Below, piece after piece: positions 1 to 8,981 of a DNA stretch of 64,000 bases; within the stretch, counting starts at the first letter, position 1, and every line of letters begins with the position of its first letter. The position numbers and the translations under genes are program-made. This DNA is from Candidatus Eiseniibacteriota bacterium (GTDB taxonomy: Bacteria; Eisenbacteria; RBG-16-71-46; JABDJR01): the NCBI GenBank assembly GCA_963783375.1, contig CAWANH010000028.1:1088001-1152000 (forward strand), read 5' to 3'. The notes under the pieces were generated by a model. That model was not told the origin of the DNA. It saw only the letters and a program-made list of their open reading frames with translations, and did no database searches.

Positions 1-1
1 G

Positions 2-847
2 GGGACCCTCGTCTTCCTCAGCCCGTGGCTGGTGTCCTTCGTTCTCTTCGGGGTGTACCCGCTCCTCTTCTCGCTCCTGGTGAGCTTCACCGACTACAAC
101 CCTCTTCGGGGGAGCATGGGCTGGCTCGGCTTCGCCAACTACCTGAAGGCGCTCCGCGATCCGCTCTTCTGGCAGTCCCTCAAGGTCACCCTGATCTTCG
201 TGGCCGGCACCATCCCCTTCACCACCAGCCTGGCCCTGGGGCTGGCCCTCCTTCTCAACCGGCCGCTCCGGGGACGCGGGATCCTCCGCGCCTCGTTCTT
301 CCTTCCCACCGTGGTGTCCCTGGTGGTGGTCTCGCTGATCTTCAAGCAGGTCTACTCGCCCTTCGGCCTCCTGAACGCGTTCCTGGGGGTTCTCGGTCTC
401 TCCGGCCGGTCCTGGCTCCAGGACCCCATGACCGCGCTCCCCGCGGTCATGGCCATGGACGTGTGGGCGGCCATCGGCTACTACATGGTGATCTACCTGG
501 CCGGCCTCCAGACCATCCCGGCCGAACTCTACGAGGCGGCCTCCCTCGACGGGGCGATCGGATGGCGCGCCCACCTCCACGTGACCCTGCCGCTTCTTCT
601 TCCCACCACGCTGTTCGTGGTGGTGATCAACACCATCCGAAGCCTCCAGGTCTTCATCGAGGTCTTCGTGATGACCCGGGGCGGTCCCCTCGACTCCACC
701 CTCACCACCGTGTACTACCTCTACGACCAGGGTTTTCGCTACTTCAGCATGGGCTACGCCAGCGCCATCGCGTATCTCCTGTTCGTGGTGATCCTGGTCT
801 TCGCGCTCCTCCAGAGCCGGTTCCTGCGCTCGAGGGTGGAGGCGTGA
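2..847 (+). CDS. Carbohydrate ABC transporter permease (UgpA/MalF-like), 5' end outside window
   Basis: Frame is open back to the window edge; multiple TM helices; EAA loop 'ELYEAASLDGA'; 'GFANY' and 'MTRGGP' motifs. Confidence 0.93.
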   Translation, partial: GTLVFLSPWLVSFVLFGVYPLLFSLLVSFTDYNPLRGSMGWLGFANYLKALRDPLFWQSLKVTLIFVAGTIPFTTSLALGLALLLNRPLRGRGILRASFFLPTVVSLVVVSLIFKQVYSPFGLLNAFLGVLGLSGRSWLQDPMTALPAVMAMDVWAAIGYYMVIYLAGLQTIPAELYEAASLDGAIGWRAHLHVTLPLLLPTTLFVVVINTIRSLQVFIEVFVMTRGGPLDSTLTTVYYLYDQGFRYFSMGYASAIAYLLFVVILVFALLQSRFLRSRVEA

Positions 848-1719
848 GCGCGCCCGCGGTGGGGTTCGGGGTGGGGGGAGCCGGCCCCTCGGGCCGGCGG
901 CTCCGAGGCCTCGGGCGGGGCGCGTTGTGGGCGGTGCTGGCGTTGAGCCTTCTCACCATGCTCTTCCCGCTCTACTGGATGGCCCTCTTGTCCTTCAAGA
1001 CCGAGGGGTTCGTTCTTTCCGGGCCGGGGGCGCTGCTCCCGACCGGCCTCACCCTGGCCAACTACCGGGACGTGTGGGCGGCGGGGCCCTTCGGCCGGTA
1101 CTTCGTGAACAGCGCGGTGGTGGCGGCGCTGGTGGTGGCGGGGAACCTCCTGTTCGCCTCGATGGTGGGCTACGCCTTCGCCCGGCGGCGCTTCGCGGGG
1201 AAGCGGGGCCTGTGGCTGGCCATCCTGGCCACCCTGATGATCCCCAAGCAGATCATCATGATCCCGCTCTACATCCTGGTGGCCAAGGCGGGGATCCTCG
1301 ACACCTACGCCGCGCTCACCCTGCCGTTCCTGGTCGACGCCTTCAACGTGTTCCTCATGCGGCAGTACATCCAGCAACTCCCGGTGGATCTCGAGGAGGC
1401 GGCGCGGGTGGACGGGGCCGGGGACTGGGCGGTGTTTTGGCGGGTGGTGCTTCCCCTGGCCCGGCCGGCCCTGGCGGTGGTGGGAATCAACACCTTCCTC
1501 GTGAACTGGAACTCGTTCCTCTATCCGTTGATCCTCACCTCGAGCGAGACGATGCGGACGATCCCGGTGGGGCTGGCCCTCTACAGCCAGGGACAGCACG
1601 CGGTGGACTGGGGGCACCTCATGGCGGGGTCGATGCTGGCCACCCTCCCGGTGCTGGCGGTGTTCCTGATCTTCCAGCGCCACATCATCGAGGGGATCAC
1701 CGCGGGGGCGGGGAAGTGA
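844..1719 (+). CDS. Carbohydrate ABC transporter permease (UgpE/MalG-like)
   Basis: GTG at 844 overlaps the upstream TGA (GTGA); 'LEEAARVDGA' EAA loop; ends 'FQRHIIEGITAGAGK'. Confidence 0.93.
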   Translation: MSAPAVGFGVGGAGPSGRRLRGLGRGALWAVLALSLLTMLFPLYWMALLSFKTEGFVLSGPGALLPTGLTLANYRDVWAAGPFGRYFVNSAVVAALVVAGNLLFASMVGYAFARRRFAGKRGLWLAILATLMIPKQIIMIPLYILVAKAGILDTYAALTLPFLVDAFNVFLMRQYIQQLPVDLEEAARVDGAGDWAVFWRVVLPLARPALAVVGINTFLVNWNSFLYPLILTSSETMRTIPVGLALYSQGQHAVDWGHLMAGSMLATLPVLAVFLIFQRHIIEGITAGAGK

Positions 1720-1750
1720 CCGGCCCCCCAGGCCCCGACGGGATCGAGCT

Positions 1751-3911
1751 TCACTGAAAAGGATTGGGAATGAGAGCGTGGAGGCCCGGGGGGAGATACC
1801 CGGCGCTGGGCGGACGGAGGACCCGGGTCACGCCGTAGTCGAAGTCCAGCACGGCATCCGGTGGGTTGGACCCCACCTCCACCGGATGGCTGAAGCGGAC
1901 CCCCGCGTAGGCCATTCCGTTCCGGAGCAGGCGCCCGGATACCGCGAAGTCGTCGGGATTCACCACGTCTCCGCCCCGGGTCAGGGTCGTTCCCACGAGT
2001 TGGCCCCGGATCTCGGTATCGGTCAGCCGGTAGGTGTTCCCGCCCAGGGTCCCGGTGTCCTCGAACCGCCAGTGCCAGATGTTTCCCCCGGGGTGAAGCC
2101 CTCGCTCTCCCAACGGAACAGCTGACGGGACTCGTCGAAGACGATCCGGCCCCCGCCCTCCAGCGTCGCCGACCCGCTCAGGGTGTCCTCCTGGTCCGGG
2201 TAGCCGCAATCCGCCACGATCCCGTGGTTCAAGAGGTCCAGGTCCACTCCTCCCACCCCGGGGAACTCGATGGAACCGGTCAACGTTCGCTCGATGCGGG
2301 CCGGGGGGTCGCAGACCACGCCCGGTTTGTACGGCCAGTTCATGGGACGGCTGTCCTGGGTCACGGCAAGAGACAGGAGCCCCGGTACCTCGACATCGAA
2401 CTCCAGGGTGCCGTAGGCCAGAAACCCGCCCCCCGGGTAGGGCGACCAGCCGGAGAGGACATCAGGCTCCCGCCATTCCATGGTGTGGACATGGACGGTC
2501 CAGATGGGGCCGGAAGAGGGTTCGATGCGGAAACGGTCGGTGGGCTCGCTCTCGTATACGAAGTCCCCGCCGCTCCGGCGCAGGGTCCCGGTCGTGGGTC
2601 CCGGCTCCCCGGAAACCGTGGCGGCCCAGCGGAGGGCGGAGGCGACCGCTCCGATCACCTGGTCGCCGACTTCGGAGAGCGCGTAACCGGATTGCGTCAT
2701 CGCGTCCAGGAAGGCCAGGGTGGCCGCATCCGGCCCGGCCACCAGACTCACCCGCACGGTCTCGGTCCGGAGCGTGTCGGCGCGGAGCACGGCCCGGATG
2801 GTCGCCTCCGGCGGGTCGGGGAGGACGGCGGGGGCGGTATAGCTTCCATCGGCGGTGATCGTGCCGTGGGCCGGTCCATCGTCCACGCTCCAGAGCACGG
2901 TGCCATCGGCGGGGCCGTCCACCCGGGCGGCGAACGCGGCGGTCCCTCCGGTGGCCAGGGTATCGCCGGGAGACGTCGACGGCGAGCCCGTACTCGGCCC
3001 GGATGGGAAGGGTCACGGTGTCGGTGCGATCGGGATGTCCGGCCAGGGCCGCCCGGATGGTGATCTCCGGAGGATCGGGGGGCGCGGCCGGGGCGGTGTA
3101 GGTCCCGTCCGGGGTGATCGCGCCTTGACCGGCGCCGCCGGCGACGCTCCAGACCACCCCGGTCTCATCCGTGGCGTAGAGGGAGGTGTGGAAGGCGTAG
3201 GTCCGGGCCGCCACCAGCTCCGACGGCGGGTCGGCGATCTCCACCACCGGCTGGGCGAGGAGGTGGATCCGGGCCTGGCCCACCGCCTGGGGGTCGGCTT
3301 CGCTCACCGCCCAGACCGCGATCCAGAGTTCGGGGTGATCCTCGGCCGGGGCGGTGTAGAGCCCGGTGGTGTCCACGGTGCCCGGGTAGGGCTCGACCGC
3401 GACGGGGAGGACGCCGGGCGCGCCGGAGGCGGGTTGGGGCGGCTCCACGCTGGTCACGTGCCACTGGACCCGCTTGTCGCCTGTCCCGACCACGACCGCC
3501 GCCAGCTGCAGGGCGTCCCCGAACCCCACCGTGGCCTCGCGTGGGGTTCACCGCCAAGCCGATCCCCATCCCCGGGTTCTCGGTGAGGACGGACAGCGCG
3601 GTGTCGGCGGCGCCGCCCCGGTTGGTGGCCACGACCTGGATCCAATGGCGCCCGTTCCTGCGGTCGGTGGTCGGGAAGCGCAGCTCGAACGGCGCGTTCC
3701 GGTCGGAGTCCACCCACTCGAAGTCCACGAACAGGGAGACGCTGTCCGCGCCCTCGGCGGTGACCGGCACCAGGGTGGTATCGCTCAGCACCGAGTACGG
3801 GACGAGCCCGACCGACTGCAGCGCGGGAGGCTCGGGAAGCGGGCGGGTGGACTCCTTGCCGCAGGCGGTGAGCATCAGGAGGACGACCGCGAGCAGCAGT
3901 CGGGATTTCAT
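1751..3911 (-). pseudogene. Ig-like repeat lipoprotein, paralog of 3908..6538, interrupted by three frameshifts (~3541, ~2968, ~2090); possibly sequence errors
   Basis: ATG at 3911 couples to the upstream stop; lipobox 'LTAC'; four ORF-track fragments (3165..4640, 2462..3529, 2023..2922, 1751..2209) align in order with the intact paralog, ending 'PNPFQ' vs 'SNPFA'. Confidence 0.8.
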
Positions 3912-6538
3912 GGCGTGGTCCCCGCGAATGGGTTGGAGACGTACGGCGGCCAGCTTTCGGGATAGTCGATCAGGCCGGGTTCCCGGACCACGACGCGCTC
4001 GCCACCGGGCACATCGAGGACTCCCCGGGGGAGCCCCGACGTCTGGGTCGGCACCCGATCGAAGTGAACCGGCGCGTAGGCCGTGCCGTCCCGGGTCAAG
4101 GTCCCGGAGGCCTCGAACGACCCGAGGTCGAGCTGGATCGTGCACAGCGCACAGGGAAGGTAGAACGCCCCCGCCACCGCCGCGGGGTTCAGGCCGTAGT
4201 GATGGCCGCCGTGCGCGCCGGAGTCGGCGAACCGCCAGTTCCAGCGCGTCCACCCCGCCCCGGTGAGGTGGTCGTGGAACGAGTACCCCGTGAACGCCTC
4301 GTCGAGCGAGATCCGATCCCCGTTTTCGAGCGTCGCCTCTCCAAGCACGCTCTCGTCGGTGCTCCACCCGTCCCGGCCGGAGGCAGTCAGCCCGGTATGG
4401 CGGAGATTCACCTCCGCCGTTCCGGCTTCGGGGAGGGATACCCGGCCGGCGACCGTGCGGTCGAAGGGGCTCCCCGAGGCGGCGCCCTGGACTCCGGGCG
4501 CGGCCGCCTGTCCCTGGGAGACGGTGAGATCGAACCCGTCCCCGTCGGTGGCGCGGAAGGCCAGCGTCCCCACGAAGTCGAAGCCGTTCGGGCTCTCCGG
4601 CTCGCGGACGTCGAGAGAACCCTGGTAGCCCGTCACCCAAACCGTCCAGGCCGGACCCGCCAGGGGTTGGATGACGAGCCGGTCGGCGGGGGCCGGCGCG
4701 TACGTGTAGGTGGAGAGGTCCTGGCGCAGGGTTCCGGTGGTCGGAGACGCGCCGCTCAGGCGGCCGGCCAGGTCCAGCGCGTAGGCCACCACCCCGGTGA
4801 CCTGGTCGCTCACCAGGCTCAGATCGTGCCCGGTCTGGACCAGGGCGTTCAGGAAGGCGCTTTCGCCGGGGGCGGAATGGGGAACCAGCCCCACCGTCGC
4901 GGTGCCGCTGGCCAGGGGGTCGAGCGCGCTGGTCGCCCGCACCACGATGGTCATGCCGGAGAACACCACCGGAGCGACGTAGTTACCATTGCTGTCGATG
5001 GTCCCGTGACCCAGGCCGCCGTCCACGCTCCAGTCGACCTGGTTGTTCGGGGCGCCCTGGACCGTGGCGTGGAACTGGACCGAGTTTCCCGAATAGAGCG
5101 CGTGCACGAATTCCGGAGCGACGTAGACCTCGTACTCCGCCCGAATGGGGATGGAGCGCTGATCGTACCGGGTCGAATCCTCCACGCTGGTGGCCCGAAC
5201 CGCGACCTGGGAGCCCGGGGGCAGGCTGTTCGGGGCCCGGTAGTTCCCGGCGTCGTCGAGGGTTCCGGTGGCCGGACCTCCGGGAAGGCTCCAGGTCACC
5301 CGCGCGTCCGAGGCCACGTCCACCCGGGCGCGGAAGGAATAGGGACGGGCGGTCACGATCTCCGTCGGGGCGCTCGTGATCACCACCTCCAGCCCCTGTT
5401 CGAGCGTGACCCGGGCGGTCCCCACCGACTGGGGATCGTAGGCGCTGGCCGCCTGGATCAACGCATCGCCGCTCGGGGGGCGGTGCTTGGGGGCGTGGTA
5501 CATCCCATCCGGAGTGATGGTCCCCATGGTGGGGCTGTTGGCCACGCTCCAGGTCACCCCGGGATCCGGCGCGCCCGGAACCACCGCGCTCATCCCCAGA
5601 GAGTCCCCGGTCACCACGGTGGTATCCGGCGGGGTAATCGCCACCTCGAAGGGCCCTCGGATGGGCACGGTGACGGTGTCGGCCATGGTGGTGTCGGCCG
5701 CGCTCACCGCCACCACCACGACTTCCGGCGGATCGGGGACGGCGCCGGGCGCCCGGTAGTTCCCCCGGTAGTCGATCGCGCCGTGCTCCGGTCCGGCGGG
5801 AAGCCTCCAGATCACCCCGCGGTCCGAACGGCCGAAGGCCTTGGCGGCGAAGGTATAGCTCCGATCGGTGATGATCATGGGCGGGTGATCGTAGATCCGG
5901 ACGTAGACCCGGGGTTGAAGCGTGATCCCGGCTCTCGCCCCGGTCTGATGGTCGAGAACCGAGACCGCCCGCACCCAGACCCGGGCGCCGGACCGGGCCT
6001 CGGAGGGTGCGGTGTAGAGCCCGTCCGGGTCCACCTGGCCGGGACCGGTGACCGCGTTTCCGCCCGCGTCGATCAACCCCCAGGTCACCGCGTGGTTGTC
6101 GTTTCCGAACACCAGGGCCTGGAACCGGAGGGTGTCACCGGCCGCCAGCTCGACCTCGGCGGGCAGCACCGCCACCGCGAGACCCTTCCCGGGATTCCCG
6201 GTAAGCACCTCCACCGTGGTGTCGGCGTATCCCGCGCGGTTCATGGCCCTCGCGGTCAGGAGATGGTAGCCGTTCTCGAGCGCGGCGGTCTGGAACCCCA
6301 GCTCGAAGGGTTCGGTGCGATCGGCGGCCAGGCGAAGGGATCCGTCATAGAGGAGCACGCTGTCCGCGCCCTCGGCGGTCACCGGGACGGTGACGCTGTC
6401 GGACAGCACGCTCCAGGGGGTGAGCCCGACCGACAGGATCACCGGCGGGTCGGCCGGACCGGGACGCGTCGGCTGGCCCTTGCCGCAGGAGAGAAGCGCC
6501 GAGACGAGGATCAGGGCGAACGGGACGAGGCGTTTCAC
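3908..6538 (-). CDS. Lipoprotein with tandem bacterial Ig-like repeats and an unassigned C-terminal domain (876 aa)
   Basis: Signal peptide with lipobox 'LLSC'; about five repeats of 'VxW...GxIdxxGxYxAP...VxAxS'. Confidence 0.85.
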   Translation of the reverse strand: MKRLVPFALILVSALLSCGKGQPTRPGPADPPVILSVGLTPWSVLSDSVTVPVTAEGADSVLLYDGSLRLAADRTEPFELGFQTAALENGYHLLTARAMNRAGYADTTVEVLTGNPGKGLAVAVLPAEVELAAGDTLRFQALVFGNDNHAVTWGLIDAGGNAVTGPGQVDPDGLYTAPSEARSGARVWVRAVSVLDHQTGARAGITLQPRVYVRIYDHPPMIITDRSYTFAAKAFGRSDRGVIWRLPAGPEHGAIDYRGNYRAPGAVPDPPEVVVVAVSAADTTMADTVTVPIRGPFEVAITPPDTTVVTGDSLGMSAVVPGAPDPGVTWSVANSPTMGTITPDGMYHAPKHRPPSGDALIQAASAYDPQSVGTARVTLEQGLEVVITSAPTEIVTARPYSFRARVDVASDARVTWSLPGGPATGTLDDAGNYRAPNSLPPGSQVAVRATSVEDSTRYDQRSIPIRAEYEVYVAPEFVHALYSGNSVQFHATVQGAPNNQVDWSVDGGLGHGTIDSNGNYVAPVVFSGMTIVVRATSALDPLASGTATVGLVPHSAPGESAFLNALVQTGHDLSLVSDQVTGVVAYALDLAGRLSGASPTTGTLRQDLSTYTYAPAPADRLVIQPLAGPAWTVWVTGYQGSLDVREPESPNGFDFVGTLAFRATDGDGFDLTVSQGQAAAPGVQGAASGSPFDRTVAGRVSLPEAGTAEVNLRHTGLTASGRDGWSTDESVLGEATLENGDRISLDEAFTGYSFHDHLTGAGWTRWNWRFADSGAHGGHHYGLNPAAVAGAFYLPCALCTIQLDLGSFEASGTLTRDGTAYAPVHFDRVPTQTSGLPRGVLDVPGGERVVVREPGLIDYPESWPPYVSNPFAGTTP

Positions 6539-6689
6539 GGTGGCCTCCGGGGGGGGGAACCGGCAAATTATACCACCGTATCGTTCACGCGCCCAACCCG
6601 GCGGGATTTCAATGAAAACGGCGGATTCTCATTGATGGAGCCTGGGCCGGGGGTTCCGTCCGCGCGGCGGAATGCCCGCGGAGCGGCGG

Positions 6690-7525
6690 TTACTTGCCGC
6701 CGGGCTCGGCGGGTCGGCCGACCGTGGAGCGATACTGCGACTCGAAGGCTTTCAGGTGCGCCTGGTGGGGCGGCGCGATGGGGGCGATGAAGGGGGCCTG
6801 GCCCCGGGGGAGAACCATGCGCTTCCCGGCGGGGACCGCCTCCAGGGCGCCGGGGTTGGGGCCGATCCGGGCCGTGCCCTCCTGGACGCACACGCAGGTG
6901 CCGGTCGAGTCGGTGACCACGGACACGATGGTTCCGGTGAGCTCGATCATCCCATCGGGGGTATGCACGACCAGCCCGCGGCCGGAGAACTCGGGGCCGG
7001 TCATCACCTGCAGTTCCCCGACCCGGACCAGGCACCGCGCGGTGGACCCCATCCAGCGGCCGGGGGAGTTGGGGATGGTCCACTCGGTGCCCGGCGAGGC
7101 CTGGAACATGAGCACGTGATCGAACATGACGTCGACGGTGGTGGTCGGGTTCAGCTTCAAGGTGGCCCCGGGTTGGAGCGCGGCGGTCAGGGCGCCGTGG
7201 ATCGGAGAGCGGGATCTCCACCGCGTTCACCCACGCCGTGCCCTCCCCGGCGGCGCGCACCAGGGTGAGGGCGGGACCGCGGTTCACCAGGACCAGCGCC
7301 ACCACCAGGATCGGCCGCCGCGGCGGGAAGCGCCACCCAGCGGGTCCACCAGCCCGGCCCGGGGGCCCCGGTGGGCACGGGCTTTCCCTCGACCCGCCCG
7401 GAGACGAAGTCGTTCCGGAGGCGGTTCCGGAAGGCGGGGTTGGCCGCGGGAGCGCCGAGGGCCCGCACCGCATCCCGCACCCGTTCCTCCTCCGGGGTGA
7501 GCGCCGGATCCCGAGGCTCGCTCAT
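6690..7525 (-). pseudogene. FecR-like anti-sigma factor, two apparent frameshifts (~7315, ~7200)
   Basis: ATG coupled to the sigma stop; N-terminal helix 'AFRNRLR', a TM segment, then FecR-type 'VHTPDGMIELTGT...VCVQEG', spread over three frames. Confidence 0.7.
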
Positions 7526-8169
7526 GCCAGCACCCCCCTCAGGAGCTCGCCCAGCCGCGAGAGCGCGCGGGAATAGCGCTTCCTCACCGCGGCATGGCTC
7601 GCCCCGACCACGCCCGCAATCTGGTCGTGGCTCATCCCCTGGTAGTCGTGCAGGAGCACGACGGCCCGGAGCGGTTCGGGGAGCTTGAGAATCGCTTCCT
7701 GCACCAGTTCCTCACGTTCCTTTCGCGCGATCTCCGGGACGCCGTCCGAGTCCCGGTGGGACGCGGCGTCCACCAGACCCGGGTGCTCGTCGATGGAGCT
7801 GGTGAGGCGGTCCATCCGATGGCGGCGGGAGCGCCATACGTCCCGGCAGGCGTTATAGGTGATGGTGGTGATCCAGGGTCCGGGGTCCCGGCTGGGATCG
7901 AGCCGGTGGGCCGCGCCGTAGATCTTCACGAACACGTCCTGGGTGGCGTCCTCGGCCGCCTCGGTGTCTCCGAGGAGGCGGTGAGCCAAGCCGTAGACCC
8001 GGTTGAAATAGGCCTCGAAGAGATCGTTCAGGGCCTGGGCGTCCCGGGCCTTCACCCGCTCCAGGACCTCCCGGGACAGATCGGGGCCGCCCGCCCTCGG
8101 GGGCGGGGACGCGGCCGGTTTCCCTGGGGTCATGGTCGGAGGCCGACCTGGATCCTTCCGGTTGTCCAT
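7522..8169 (-). CDS. ECF sigma-70 family RNA polymerase sigma factor
   Basis: 'AEDATQDVFVK', 'WITTITYNACRD', region 4 'EQIA'-like 'DQIAGVVGASHAAVRKRYSRA'; start 8169 or 8133. Confidence 0.93.
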   Translation of the reverse strand: MDNRKDPGRPPTMTPGKPAASPPPRAGGPDLSREVLERVKARDAQALNDLFEAYFNRVYGLAHRLLGDTEAAEDATQDVFVKIYGAAHRLDPSRDPGPWITTITYNACRDVWRSRRHRMDRLTSSIDEHPGLVDAASHRDSDGVPEIARKEREELVQEAILKLPEPLRAVVLLHDYQGMSHDQIAGVVGASHAAVRKRYSRALSRLGELLRGVLA

Positions 8170-8170
8170 C

Positions 8171-8563
8171 TTAAGTACGCAATTGCCCCTCAGGTGTGCC
8201 CGGGGCCGGACGACGGCGGTCCGGGATACCGGATTGCGGCGGCCGGGTCGAGGGGACGCCGGCCGGTCGGGAGCGCAGTCTATCAGACCCCGAATGGGGG
8301 GAGGGGAAGGGGCGAAGCCCGGCCTGGAGCGCCTCGGGAGCGTCACCGGGCCCCGGTGGCCGCGCCTCCGAGGCCTCGCCGGGCCGTTTGGGGATCTCGT
8401 CGGCCGGGGGCCGGGGACCGCTGGTCTGGACGATTCGAATCATGACGTAAACGCTCACGATGAGGACCAGGACGGCCCCCACCAGGATCACCCGGCGGCC
8501 GGACATCCGCCAGGTGCGCCGGCCCGGGGGGAGTTTGCCGGGAGGGCCGGGGGCGGGCGTCAT
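8171..8563 (-). CDS. Small single-TM Pro-rich hypothetical protein
   Basis: Hydrophobic helix 'VILVGAVLVLIVSVYVMIRIV'; sits directly upstream of the sigma gene on the same strand. Confidence 0.5.
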   Translation of the reverse strand: MTPAPGPPGKLPPGRRTWRMSGRRVILVGAVLVLIVSVYVMIRIVQTSGPRPPADEIPKRPGEASEARPPGPGDAPEALQAGLRPFPSPHSGSDRLRSRPAGVPSTRPPQSGIPDRRRPAPGTPEGQLRT

Positions 8564-8588
8564 CGGGCCGTCGCGCCGGATCGCACGG

Positions 8589-8798
8589 TCATCGCACCGT
8601 GGTGTCGGGAACCGAGGTGGTGTCCGGGGCCGGCACCGCTCCCGGTGGGGGCGCGGCCCGCCGCATCCAGACGAAGGCCATCATGATGACGAGCGCGGCC
8701 AGGACGACCACCCAGAAGGCGATCGAGCTCCGGCGGATGCCCGAGGCGGTCCGGGGGTCGTAGGTATCCCGTCGCTTTTCGTCGTCGGTCATGCCCAT
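8589..8798 (-). CDS. Small single-TM hypothetical protein
   Basis: 'IAFWVVVLAALVIMMAFVW' helix with a charged N-terminus. Confidence 0.55.
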   Translation of the reverse strand: MGMTDDEKRRDTYDPRTASGIRRSSIAFWVVVLAALVIMMAFVWMRRAAPPPGAVPAPDTTSVPDTTVR

Positions 8799-8981
8799 CA
8801 CTATGACCGGAGGGTCTCGCCGGCGCAACCCGGACGGCGACAAGCCGATGAAGGGGGTCGGGTTTGCGCGGCGCTCCGCGGCCGTGGAATGAGCGTGGAA
8901 TAGTCGACCGAAGCAACGTAGAATATAATCGGCTCGATCGAAGAATTCCCTCGAGCGATCGAACTCCGGGAAAGGAGTTCC

